From assembly GCA_963662405.2 (NCBI GenBank), contig CAXXKT010000001.1:2688001-2752000 (forward strand): a stretch of 64,000 nt of DNA, written 5' to 3'. The position numbers were made by a program, and so were the translations under genes. This DNA is from Syntrophales bacterium (GTDB lineage Bacteria; Desulfobacterota; Syntrophia; Syntrophales; UBA2210). A model generated the notes under the pieces. That model searched no databases and was not told the origin of the DNA. It saw only the letters and a list, made by a program, of their open reading frames with translations. Of this stretch, positions 10,408 through 20,014 are shown in pieces; position 1 is the first letter of the stretch, and every line of letters starts with the position of its first letter.

Positions 10408-10618
10408 ACCAACTGGTTGTCGGGGCAGGTGTCAGTGCACGGAGTGCGGTGATCTTTCAGAAAGTGATACCTATCACCCGGTTGGAAGAAGGGGGTGCGA
10501 TTTCGACGCATATCCCCTGCGGATTGTAATTACCCTTTGTCCAATTCCGCTGGGTCATTTTATTCGAGAGAACCGGGGGAGGGGAGAGGTATCCCCCGGC
10601 CAAGGGAACCCAACGCTG

Positions 10619-10978
10619 TTAGGTAATCCGGTGGACCTCAAAGCGGACGGCCCCTTCTTCGACCATCTTCATAATCGTGCGCTGCCGGCGTGAGAGATGG
10701 GAGTCGGCCGTCTTGAATTCAACGAGGATGACGGCATCTTCAGTGAACTGGACCCCGTCGATGGGGGTCCCCAGAAATCTGAAATCCTGCGAGTCGTAGG
10801 GATACGATTCCAGAAAGGGCATGAACTGCTCGGTGAGTCTGCCGTACCGGACCGACTGGGATCGTTTCTGCCACCCGAGCATGGCGAGTCTTCGTCTCGC
10901 GGATACCAAGAGTAAAAACAGAATGATACAGACGACGAGCAGGACGATTATCGTCACTTCTTCGGGGTGTAACCTCAT
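10619..10978 (-). CDS. Holliday-junction-resolvase-like endonuclease (Endonuc_Holl type, PD-(D/E)xK) with N-terminal TM
   Basis: SQSVRYGRLTEQFMPF...DFRFLGTPIDGVQF...VEFKT...LSRRQ motif. Confidence 0.85.
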   Translation of the reverse strand: MRLHPEEVTIIVLLVVCIILFLLLVSARRRLAMLGWQKRSQSVRYGRLTEQFMPFLESYPYDSQDFRFLGTPIDGVQFTEDAVILVEFKTADSHLSRRQRTIMKMVEEGAVRFEVHRIT

Positions 10979-11257
10979 GCTGCTTTCTCCCTTGGCTGAC
11001 TCGTTTCTGACAATGGTTGATCTTTCAAACGCGAGAGATCGATTTGCGTTATCGAACCGGTTTGGGTCTTTACCGGCACCACATCCGTGGTGACTTCAAG
11101 GTGCCGTTTCATACCATTCTTGATGTCGTCCGATCAATCACCTTTATCTCTATTGCTCAGAAATGCCGAAACACGGCTCCTTCATGGCATCCTTTCCCCC
11201 CTTGACTTGCCCCGTTCATGCCGATATCATCCCGATAACCTCTGAAAGGTGGTTCAT

Positions 11258-12034
11258 ATGGGAAATGATGAGGGGATACGACCGCGGGACGATGAAACCG
11301 TCGATGAGTTTTTCCACGGCCGCCTCAGGGTCCTGCAGAAGGAGAAGGGGTACCGCTTCTCGATTGACTCGCTTCTCTTGGCGGATTTCGTGGTTCTTCG
11401 AAAAGGAGACCGGGTGATCGATCTGGGGACGGGAAGCGGTATCGTGGCGCTGATCCTGGCGCTCAGGTCCCCGGAAGCCCGTATTGCTGAGGTCGAGATA
11501 CAGAAAGATCTGGCCGAGATGGCAGTACGGAGTGTCGCCCTGAACGGCCTGGAGGCACGAATCAGGGTCTACCCCGGTGATGTGAAGAAGATTCGGAAGC
11601 TCTTTGAGCCGCAATCATTCGACGTCGCGGTCTTTAATCCCCCCTACCGGAGGCTGAACTCGGGAAAGATCAATCCCAACGGAGAGCGTGCGATCGCTCG
11701 GCACGAGGTCAAAGGGACGATCGAGGATTTCCTCGCCTCCGCCCGTTATCTGGTGAAAGAGGGGGGACGGATCTTCGTGATCTATCCGGCGGCGCGGGGA
11801 GCACACCTCATCGACCGGATGCGGCGGAACGGAATCGAGCCGAAGCGCTTGCGCATCGTACACTCGAACGCTACGTCCGGGGGGGTATTTGTCCTTGCCG
11901 AAGGGATCAAAGGGGCAGGGGAAGAGCTACAGATTATGCAGCCGCTCTTCATCTACCGGGCAGACGGCCGATATTCCCCGGAAGTCGAGGATATCCTGGA
12001 CGGATCATCGCTGAACCTTCCCGATCCGAAATGA
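11258..12034 (+). CDS. tRNA1(Val) A37 N6-methyltransferase family (YfiC/TrmM-like)
   Basis: GYRFSIDSLLLADF, IDLGTGSG, NPPY and IARHE motifs. Confidence 0.9.
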   Translation: MGNDEGIRPRDDETVDEFFHGRLRVLQKEKGYRFSIDSLLLADFVVLRKGDRVIDLGTGSGIVALILALRSPEARIAEVEIQKDLAEMAVRSVALNGLEARIRVYPGDVKKIRKLFEPQSFDVAVFNPPYRRLNSGKINPNGERAIARHEVKGTIEDFLASARYLVKEGGRIFVIYPAARGAHLIDRMRRNGIEPKRLRIVHSNATSGGVFVLAEGIKGAGEELQIMQPLFIYRADGRYSPEVEDILDGSSLNLPDPK

Positions 12035-12107
12035 TCCTTCGGCAATATGGCACGGCGAAATCTCCCCCCGGTTATTTCCGGTTTGCACAATCAGTCAAAA
12101 GGCAAAT

Positions 12108-13289
12108 TCACGAGCAGACCTCCTCTTCAACGATGCGTGGTGATCGGAGAGCGAAGAAGAGTGTTCCGGAAATAAGGAGGATACCTGCTATGGGGAAGAG
12201 GGCCGGAAGACCCACGATATCCATCAAGATTCCCCCCAGGATCGGGCCGATAAAAAAACCGACATTCATGATCGAGTGAAAAATTCCCATTGTGTACCCC
12301 AGGCCGTAGTGCCTTCCCTCCTCAATGAGGAGCGCCGTTGTGGCGGGGAGCGACAAGGTGCCGGAGAGGGCGAGGACGATATTGATCAGAATCAACGTTC
12401 CAAGCGTATCGGCAAAGGGGATGAGAAAGAGAAAAATTCCCGTCATGACGCCCCCCGCAATGACAAGGACTCGTTGATCGCACAGGTCTGAGAGCAGCCC
12501 GACGGGCCTGAGGAGCAGTGCGGTGGTGATGGAACCCGCGGCGATGCAGACGCCAATTCCCAGGTACCCCGGCTGAAAATAGGTGTCGATGAGGATCGGA
12601 ACGAAAATGGAGATGACAATAATGCTGAACGATCGAGCCAGGATAAAGCAGAACAACCCCTGGAGGGTATGATTGGAGAAGATATCATGATAGGGGGTAT
12701 GGGGTAATGTACGGTGCTCGCGGATCCGCCGATCATCCGTCTCGGTGAAAAGGAAGATGCACAGGGCGATCAGGCAGAGAATAACCAGGGTCAGGAACAT
12801 GCCGCGATATCCCAGGATATCGCCGATTCCTCCGCCGATTATCGGCCCGAGGGCAAGCGCGGCATAAAAGGAGATATCAAAGGTTCCCATGGAAGAGGCG
12901 ACATGATCATTTTCCGAGATGTCTCCCACTAAGGCCTGGGCAACGGGACGGACCATGGCGGTGGCGATCCCTTGGAGAAAACGAAGCACAATCAACAGTA
13001 TAAGACTTCGGGGAAGAAAGAAGAAGATGAAGGCAACCAGGGTATGGATGATCAGGCCGGCGATGATAATCCCTTTTCTGCTGTTCCCGTCGGAACACCT
13101 TCCCATGAGCGGGGTGGCGATGATTTTTGCGAGGAAGAAGCCGGAAAATACGAGGGCAACCATGATCCCTCGTCCCGTGAGTTCTTGCGCATAGAGCGGA
13201 AAGAAGGGATTTACTACGGCAAACCCGAGTGTCACGGCGAAGACCGTCGTAAACAGGGACGTAAAAACTCGTTTTTGCTGACTGGTCAT
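12108..13289 (-). CDS. MFS transporter
   Basis: About 12 hydrophobic segments; LRFLQG and GPIIGG motifs. Confidence 0.92.
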   Translation of the reverse strand: MTSQQKRVFTSLFTTVFAVTLGFAVVNPFFPLYAQELTGRGIMVALVFSGFFLAKIIATPLMGRCSDGNSRKGIIIAGLIIHTLVAFIFFFLPRSLILLIVLRFLQGIATAMVRPVAQALVGDISENDHVASSMGTFDISFYAALALGPIIGGGIGDILGYRGMFLTLVILCLIALCIFLFTETDDRRIREHRTLPHTPYHDIFSNHTLQGLFCFILARSFSIIVISIFVPILIDTYFQPGYLGIGVCIAAGSITTALLLRPVGLLSDLCDQRVLVIAGGVMTGIFLFLIPFADTLGTLILINIVLALSGTLSLPATTALLIEEGRHYGLGYTMGIFHSIMNVGFFIGPILGGILMDIVGLPALFPIAGILLISGTLFFALRSPRIVEEEVCS

Positions 13290-13379
13290 GGCCGGTATCC
13301 GAAGGGATCATTGAAGCCAGACCTCCGCCGGAGAAAAGGGATAATTCCCTCATCTCCGGCATGGCCCACGGCTGTCGCG

Positions 13380-14882
13380 TTATTGCTTGATATATTTGGC
13401 CGCGTTTTCACCGGCAATGCGTCCGGAATTGACGGCAAAGCCCAACGTACTTCCCGACAGAACCACGTCATAGCTGTCGCCATACATGCCGCCTGCGTCA
13501 TTGCCGACCGCATACAGGCCGGGAATTGCTTCCTGTGACTTGTTCAGGACCTCGGTCTTATGGTTGATCTTGATGCCGCCCAAAGTGCCCAAGGCGAAGG
13601 GTACGGCTTTGAATGCATAGAACTTCGATTCCCGGACCGCCCGGATGTACTTCGGATCTTTTGCAAAGAGCGTGTCCTGGCGCTGATCGGCCATTTGGTT
13701 ATACTCGTCGATCGTGGCCTGGAGTCGCACCGGATCGACCCCAATCTTTTCAGCCAGTTCTTTGATGGACGATGCGACAAAAACGAAGCCTCTTTCAACG
13801 CCCCGCTTGATATCGCTTTCGAGGCGGGTCAGTTTGGTGGCCACGGGGACCATAACGCCGACACCCACGTCGATGCCTTGTTCCATCATGTACTTTTTCG
13901 TGTTTTCATCAATAATAACGTACATAACGCGTCCCGGTTGATTGGCCAGTGCGTTCCCCGCATAGGGCCAGGAGAAGATAATGCTTTCGTCGCAGAAGCG
14001 GTCACCCAGCTTGTTGACCCAGAGATAGGGCTGCCGCGCCGGGGCGTTGAGATGAGATTCCGGACCTTCTCCCGGAATGCCGGGACGGTACAATTGAAGC
14101 ACGTCGGTACCAAAGGCGTCGGCACCCGCCGCCCAGGCCATCTGAATACCTTCTCCCATTTTTTTGGCATTTCCCACCGGGATGATATCCCGGCCAAAGG
14201 TCGTGTATTTGTCCAGCATTTCTTTGTTGTTGATATATCCGCCCGTTCCGATGACAACGGCTTTGGTATTGATCTGGACTTTCTTGCCGCCCGTGCCTTC
14301 GGCAATAATACCGGTAATACGCCCGGTTTCGTCCTGAATCAGCTTTTTACCCGCCGTTCTGAGCATAACAGTCACGCCTTTTTCCTTGGCACTGTCGTAC
14401 AGCGCCTGTGCCAGGGCCTTGCCGCGTCCGTCTACGATATGCCAGGTCATGAGTCCCCCGGGATAATTGGCGGCCGGCTCTTTGAACGTGACGCCTTGTT
14501 TTTCAAGCCAGTCGATGGTGTCCGCCGATTTGTCGATAAATGCTCGGGCCAGCCGCGCGTTTGCACGCCAGTGGGTGTATTCCATCAGGTACTTGAACGC
14601 TTCATCGCGGCTGTAATTGATGTTTTTCTTCCGCTGCAAACTGCTTTCCACCGCAAAAACCCCCTCGGCAAAATTGGTGGTCCCCCCGACGGCAGGCATT
14701 TTTTCAAGGACGACGACCTTTGCGCCGCCCTCAGCGGCGGCAACGGCCGCGGATAGCCCCGAAGCCCCCGCGCCAACGACGACCATGTCGGTCTCGATGG
14801 CCTGTGCCGAGGCCATGCCGACGGTCATGATGACCAGGCACAGGACGGCAATACCTGTGATGATTCCTCTTGTTCCTTTCAT
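13380..14882 (-). CDS. Exported FAD-dependent oxidoreductase (flavocytochrome c/fumarate reductase flavoprotein superfamily)
   Basis: Signal peptide ending ASA, DMVVVGAGASGLSAA, GGTTNFAEG, TLGGIKIN and IPGLYAVGNDAGG motifs. Confidence 0.92.
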   Translation of the reverse strand: MKGTRGIITGIAVLCLVIMTVGMASAQAIETDMVVVGAGASGLSAAVAAAEGGAKVVVLEKMPAVGGTTNFAEGVFAVESSLQRKKNINYSRDEAFKYLMEYTHWRANARLARAFIDKSADTIDWLEKQGVTFKEPAANYPGGLMTWHIVDGRGKALAQALYDSAKEKGVTVMLRTAGKKLIQDETGRITGIIAEGTGGKKVQINTKAVVIGTGGYINNKEMLDKYTTFGRDIIPVGNAKKMGEGIQMAWAAGADAFGTDVLQLYRPGIPGEGPESHLNAPARQPYLWVNKLGDRFCDESIIFSWPYAGNALANQPGRVMYVIIDENTKKYMMEQGIDVGVGVMVPVATKLTRLESDIKRGVERGFVFVASSIKELAEKIGVDPVRLQATIDEYNQMADQRQDTLFAKDPKYIRAVRESKFYAFKAVPFALGTLGGIKINHKTEVLNKSQEAIPGLYAVGNDAGGMYGDSYDVVLSGSTLGFAVNSGRIAGENAAKYIKQ

Positions 14883-14947
14883 CCCTTTCCTCCTTCCTGG
14901 TGTTTTGCGACATGCGCATATAAGTTGTGAAACTACCTACTCCCCTA

Positions 14948-14963
14948 TGCGACGGATATGCCA
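14948..14963 (-). promoter_or_regulatory. Sigma54 (-24/-12) promoter for the flavoprotein-MFS operon
   Basis: Minus strand TGGCAT-ATCCG-TCGCA fits TGGCAC-N5-TTGCW spacing; a divergent enhancer-binding protein gene is adjacent. Confidence 0.75.
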
Positions 14964-15096
14964 TCTATAACCCATTATTATTAGAGGATTGTTCCGAAAG
15001 AGATTGTGCTTGAGTGGTATATATGACAGAATAAGATACCATATTCGGTATATTCTTTGCCGTCTGTCAAATAAGATACATTAAGGAACCATACCT

Positions 15097-16689
15097 ATGA
15101 AACGCAATTCTATCAGGGATCTGGAGTTCTTTCAACAGGCGACACTGCGGATCTGCGGCAGCCTTGAGATCGAGATTGTACTGGAGCGTTGCCTGGAGTA
15201 CTTGAAGCAGTACATGCCGTTGGACGGCATCTTTATGAGTTTTATCGACCCGGGCAGCACCGCGATACGGATATCCGGTCTCGTGTCGGATATTCCTTTG
15301 GACCGCCCGAAATCTCCGATTCCCCTCACGCCGGAGGCCCTACAGCGGGCCCTGAACATTAAGGAACGGGTAACCATATATCGGTCTCCTCTGGAGAGTC
15401 CCGTTACCAAGTGTATATGGAGCACATTAGGTACGGTGGATGTGTCCTGCATGGTGATCCATCTGAGGTTTCATGAACAGCCCTTGGGATACGTAGAATT
15501 GTTCGCCAAGGGCTATGACCGGTTTACTGCTGAACATGGCCGTATCTTTGCCCTCATCCATGATCCTTTGACGATCGCCGTGGCGAACAACATTCGGTAC
15601 CGTGAGACCCTCCATTTGAAAGACCTGTTGGCCGACGATAACCGTTCTCTTCGAGAAGAACTGCATAGAGTTTCATCAACCGAGATCATCGGAGTCAGGG
15701 GTGGCCTGCAGAATGTCATGGAGTCGGTATCGCAGGTAGCACCCCTTACCAGTCAGGTTCTCCTCCTGGGGGAAACGGGGGTCGGCAAGGAGATCATTGC
15801 CAATGCCATTCATTATGCCTCGCCACGCAGGGATGGTCCATTCGTGAAGATCAACTGCGGGGCTATCCCCGATGGACTGATTGATAGTGAGCTGTTCGGT
15901 CACGAGAAGGGGGCATTTACCGGTGCCCTGTCCCGCAAGTATGGGCGGTTCGAACGGGCACATCGGGGAACGATCTTTCTCGACGAGGTGGGAGACCTTC
16001 CGCCGCATGCACAGGTGAGACTGTTGCGCGTTCTCCAAGAGAAGGAGATCGAGCGTGTCGGGGGCACAAACCCCGTGAAAGTCGATGTACGGGTTATTGC
16101 GGCAACAAACAGGAACCTGGAGGCACTTGTGCACGAAGGGCAGTTCAGGGAAGATCTCTGGTTCCGGCTCAATGTTTTCCCGATCCTCATTCCTCCCCTG
16201 CGGGAGCGGAAATCCGATATCCCGGACCTGATCCATCACCTTATCATGAAGAAATCGAGGGAACTGAACCTCGGCGCGAACCCGGTCCTTTCCCCGGGGG
16301 CCATGGAGCGACTGATGGCCTATGAATGGCCGGGCAATGTGAGAGAGATGGAAAATATCGTCGAACGGTCTCTGATCAGAATGCGTACCGGAGATCCGAC
16401 AAGGCCGATTGAATTTACTGAAATATTGGTTGATTGGTCACCCTCGGTGCGAGAACGGACCCCGAGCATATCTGACGACTCAACCCGTTCACTTGATGCT
16501 GCCGTGCGTCACCATATCCGAGACGCCCTCGACAGGGCAGGGGGGAGGGTGCAGGGGCCGAACGGTGCGGCAGCACTCCTCGGGATCAATCCGAGCACCT
16601 TAAGACACCGGATGCGCAAATTGGGTATACCATTTGGAAGAAAAACCCTTTCTCACGAGGGAAAGAGGCATGAAAAAATGAACCGGTGA
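15097..16689 (+). CDS. Sigma54-dependent activator (GAF-AAA+-HTH, FhlA-like)
   Basis: GETGVGKE, SELFGHEKGAFTGA, FLDEVG, WPGNVRE and C-terminal HTH. Confidence 0.96.
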   Translation: MKRNSIRDLEFFQQATLRICGSLEIEIVLERCLEYLKQYMPLDGIFMSFIDPGSTAIRISGLVSDIPLDRPKSPIPLTPEALQRALNIKERVTIYRSPLESPVTKCIWSTLGTVDVSCMVIHLRFHEQPLGYVELFAKGYDRFTAEHGRIFALIHDPLTIAVANNIRYRETLHLKDLLADDNRSLREELHRVSSTEIIGVRGGLQNVMESVSQVAPLTSQVLLLGETGVGKEIIANAIHYASPRRDGPFVKINCGAIPDGLIDSELFGHEKGAFTGALSRKYGRFERAHRGTIFLDEVGDLPPHAQVRLLRVLQEKEIERVGGTNPVKVDVRVIAATNRNLEALVHEGQFREDLWFRLNVFPILIPPLRERKSDIPDLIHHLIMKKSRELNLGANPVLSPGAMERLMAYEWPGNVREMENIVERSLIRMRTGDPTRPIEFTEILVDWSPSVRERTPSISDDSTRSLDAAVRHHIRDALDRAGGRVQGPNGAAALLGINPSTLRHRMRKLGIPFGRKTLSHEGKRHEKMNR

Positions 16690-17303
16690 GACCCGTACGA
16701 TGCCTCCTTGTCGGCTATGATTAGTCGCCACGAAACACAGTACGCCCTTGCCTTGCCGATGGCGTCCACGATCCGTGGGAACACCCTCGCAGACGGCCCC
16801 GCCGGCTATATACATTTCCCAGAAAACATGACGAACCTCTTCGAGTGACGGTACATTCAGCCTGACAAGCCCCGTTCCTTTTTTGCCTCAGTTTCGATCC
16901 CGGTCCCCTCAAGATAATGAAGACGCCGATTTCTCGATTGAGAGAGGGCCTCTCCCCCGCTGGTAGGCACGAACTCTTTTAAAACCGGAAAGCCCTGCGT
17001 ACTCTGAAAATTCGTGGATTCAGACTCAGTCGGCACCAGGTGCTCCGCATGATTGACTCGGTGGATCGATGGTGCGGCGGGTTCCGGCACATGCATGTTC
17101 CCGTTTCATTTCGCCCAGAGCCAGCGGATCTTTCTTTAACCGGTGTCCCTTTTGCTCGTCGAACTTGAAATCTTCCGATGGTATAATTCCCGCCATCGTT
17201 CCCCGTATCACATCCGCCGTGGCGCAGACGTCCAGCGGTTTGAGAGTTCCTTTTCGATGCCGTAATGCGGCATGCGGCGGGTACTGTGGGGTTGAAGGAT
17301 TTC

Positions 17304-17804
17304 CTATTCGTTCAATCTCCGCTTGATAATCTCCTTTGTCATTACCCTTTTCAGTATACCCTTCAGTTCCTTGTCCTCGATCTGAGAGAGGTTCTCTCTG
17401 ATGATCCGCCGGTCCCGTTCCTTGAGGAGTTCCTCGCTGAATTCTGCGGACTGGGTAGATGGAAGGTGCGGTTTCGGCGGGATGTCGCCGATCGAGAAGT
17501 GGATATTGTGTATTTCATCTTTGCCCCACTCGGCGTTGACCTTGTCCATGATCTCCCTTTTGAGAAACCGGAGTTGCTGCATCCACGCCGGGGTCGATAC
17601 ACGTACAGAGAGGGTGTGGTTCTTGAATCTTACGGGGGCCGTCTGAGCCGATATCTGTGGGCCCACCGCCTTGTGCCAGACATCCGTGGCGCGGCAGTCC
17701 AGGGCGTCCAGGTGTATCTTTCTCCTCTCGAGGACCTTCGGCAGAAAATCCCCCAACTTCAGGAGATTCTTCCGGCGTTTTCTGGATCGTCGTCGCTGGT
17801 ACAT
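17304..17804 (-). CDS. DUF721/DciA family protein
   Basis: WHKAVGPQISAQTAP...TLSVRVSTPAWMQQLRFLKREIMDKVN. Confidence 0.85.
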   Translation of the reverse strand: MYQRRRSRKRRKNLLKLGDFLPKVLERRKIHLDALDCRATDVWHKAVGPQISAQTAPVRFKNHTLSVRVSTPAWMQQLRFLKREIMDKVNAEWGKDEIHNIHFSIGDIPPKPHLPSTQSAEFSEELLKERDRRIIRENLSQIEDKELKGILKRVMTKEIIKRRLNE

Positions 17805-17887
17805 GGAGCTCTTTTTCGCACAGTTATACCGTCCAGTCAAGACGGGGATATTATGATAATTGATTCCGTGATTTCTCTGTGTTATGA

Positions 17888-18274
<387 letters not shown>

Positions 18275-18307
18275 AAAGACGAACCCGAAGGACAAAAGGG
18301 TGAGCCG

Positions 18308-19630
18308 ATGAAAAATCCCCGTTCGGATATCAGGGCGATCTTCGATGCGGGACTCGCAGCCGCGGATCCCGGCGAGGCGATCAGGCGCGCCGTCAGACGT
18401 GAAGGAGAACGACTGGAAATCCACGGCGGGACATACGAACTGGACGCCTTTGACCGGATCCTGGTGGTCGGTACCGGCAAGGCCGCCGCGAGCATGGCCG
18501 CCGCGCTTGAACATATGCTGGGGGAGCGCATAACCAGGGGTACCATCACCACGAAGTATGGATATGGATCACCCCTGAGGATCGTCTCCATTGCCGAGGC
18601 GGGACATCCGATTCCTGACGAGGCGGGGGTCCGTGGGTGCCGACGCATCCTCGATCTCCTGCACACTGCCGGCGAGCGGGATCTCGTCCTGTGTCTGATA
18701 TCGGGCGGAGGGTCTGCGCTCATGCCGTTCCCTGCCGATGGTATTTCTCTCCAGGACAAGCAGGAGACGACGCAGGCCCTCCTGGACTGCGGGGCCGATA
18801 TCCATGAGATCAACACCATCCGGAAACATATCTCGGGGATCAAGGGGGGGCAGCTGGCACGGGCCGCCTTCCCGGCGACCCTCGTGACGCTTGTCCTGTC
18901 CGACGTGATCGGCGATGACCTCGACGTGATCGCCTCCGGTCCCACGGTTCCCGACCGGAGCACCTTTGCCGACTGCATCGGGATCGCGGATCGGTACGGG
19001 CTTGCCGACACGCTCCCCCTATCAGTGATCACCTATCTGAGAGATGGGGCAGCGGGGAGACATCCCGAAACGCCCAAGCCTTCCGATCCGGTCTTTGAGA
19101 GGACCGGTGCATTCGTTATCGGCAGCGCTTCCCTGTCACTCGATGCGGCACACGAGAAGGCCCGTGCCCTGGGATACAGCGCGGTCATTCTCTCCTCGTC
19201 GATTGAGGGAGAGACGAGAGACGCCGCCCTGTTTCACGTTGCCGTTGCCCGGGAGATACGGAAATCAGGGAACCCGGTACCGGTGCCGGGGTGTATCATC
19301 TCGGGGGGAGAGACGACGGTCACCATCCGCGGTGACGGTCTCGGGGGACGGAATATGGAATTTGTCCTGGCCGCCGGCATTGCATTGGATGGACTCAATG
19401 GTATCACCGTCTTGAGTGGCGGGACGGATGGAACGGATGGTCCCACCGACGCGGCGGGGGCCGTCGCGGACGATTCAACGGTGCAAAGGGCTCGAGAAGA
19501 GGGGGCTGACGCCGAGCACTACCTCGAAAGCAACGACTCTTATCACTTCTTCGACAAGATCGGGGATCTCCTGAAAACCGGCCCCACCATGACGAACGTC
19601 ATGGATCTGCGGATCTTCCTGGTCACATAG
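18308..19630 (+). CDS. Glycerate kinase type 2 (MOFRL family)
   Basis: GTGKAA, GHPIPD, ISGGGSAL, GGETTV, GGRN, GTDGTDG and TGPTMTNVMD motifs. Confidence 0.95.
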   Translation: MKNPRSDIRAIFDAGLAAADPGEAIRRAVRREGERLEIHGGTYELDAFDRILVVGTGKAAASMAAALEHMLGERITRGTITTKYGYGSPLRIVSIAEAGHPIPDEAGVRGCRRILDLLHTAGERDLVLCLISGGGSALMPFPADGISLQDKQETTQALLDCGADIHEINTIRKHISGIKGGQLARAAFPATLVTLVLSDVIGDDLDVIASGPTVPDRSTFADCIGIADRYGLADTLPLSVITYLRDGAAGRHPETPKPSDPVFERTGAFVIGSASLSLDAAHEKARALGYSAVILSSSIEGETRDAALFHVAVAREIRKSGNPVPVPGCIISGGETTVTIRGDGLGGRNMEFVLAAGIALDGLNGITVLSGGTDGTDGPTDAAGAVADDSTVQRAREEGADAEHYLESNDSYHFFDKIGDLLKTGPTMTNVMDLRIFLVT

Positions 19631-19912
19631 CCGGGCAGGGAAATCTCGACCGTGAGTTTCTGGTAAGAGGGTGCTGTCCTCCTGATAAGAACCTGTGCGG
19701 ATTTGATTGGTCTTGAGCATTCTTATTTAGTACATCTCCAACTGCTCAAAATCGTTTCAGGAGAAAATCGATGATTGCTGATTGGAAGTTTCTCGACAAA
19801 ATATCTTGACAATACATGATCATAGAGTTAGCTATATGGCAATTTTGATCTTTACGATTTTTCTGTTTGTGAATGACGTTAACCGTGGGGTGATTATGGT
19901 ATTCTTATCTTG

Positions 19913-19954
19913 AAGCCTTGTTTTTCGAATAGAGAAAAAGGCTTTTTGTTTTTT
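19913..19954 (+). terminator. Intrinsic-terminator-like hairpin upstream of the DUF1566 gene
   Basis: AAGCCTT(g)TTTTTC-gaata-GAGAAAAAGGCTT followed by tttgtttttt. Confidence 0.55.
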
Positions 19955-20014
19955 GTGAGAGGGGTAATCAAGGGAATCCATCCATAATCTGCAATCGAAT
20001 ACAGAGGAAAAACG

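Noticed and set aside
17026..17211. Possible selenoprotein read-through at TGA 17026
   Set aside because: No redox motif and no recognisable SECIS; I could not relate the ORF to any selenoprotein family.
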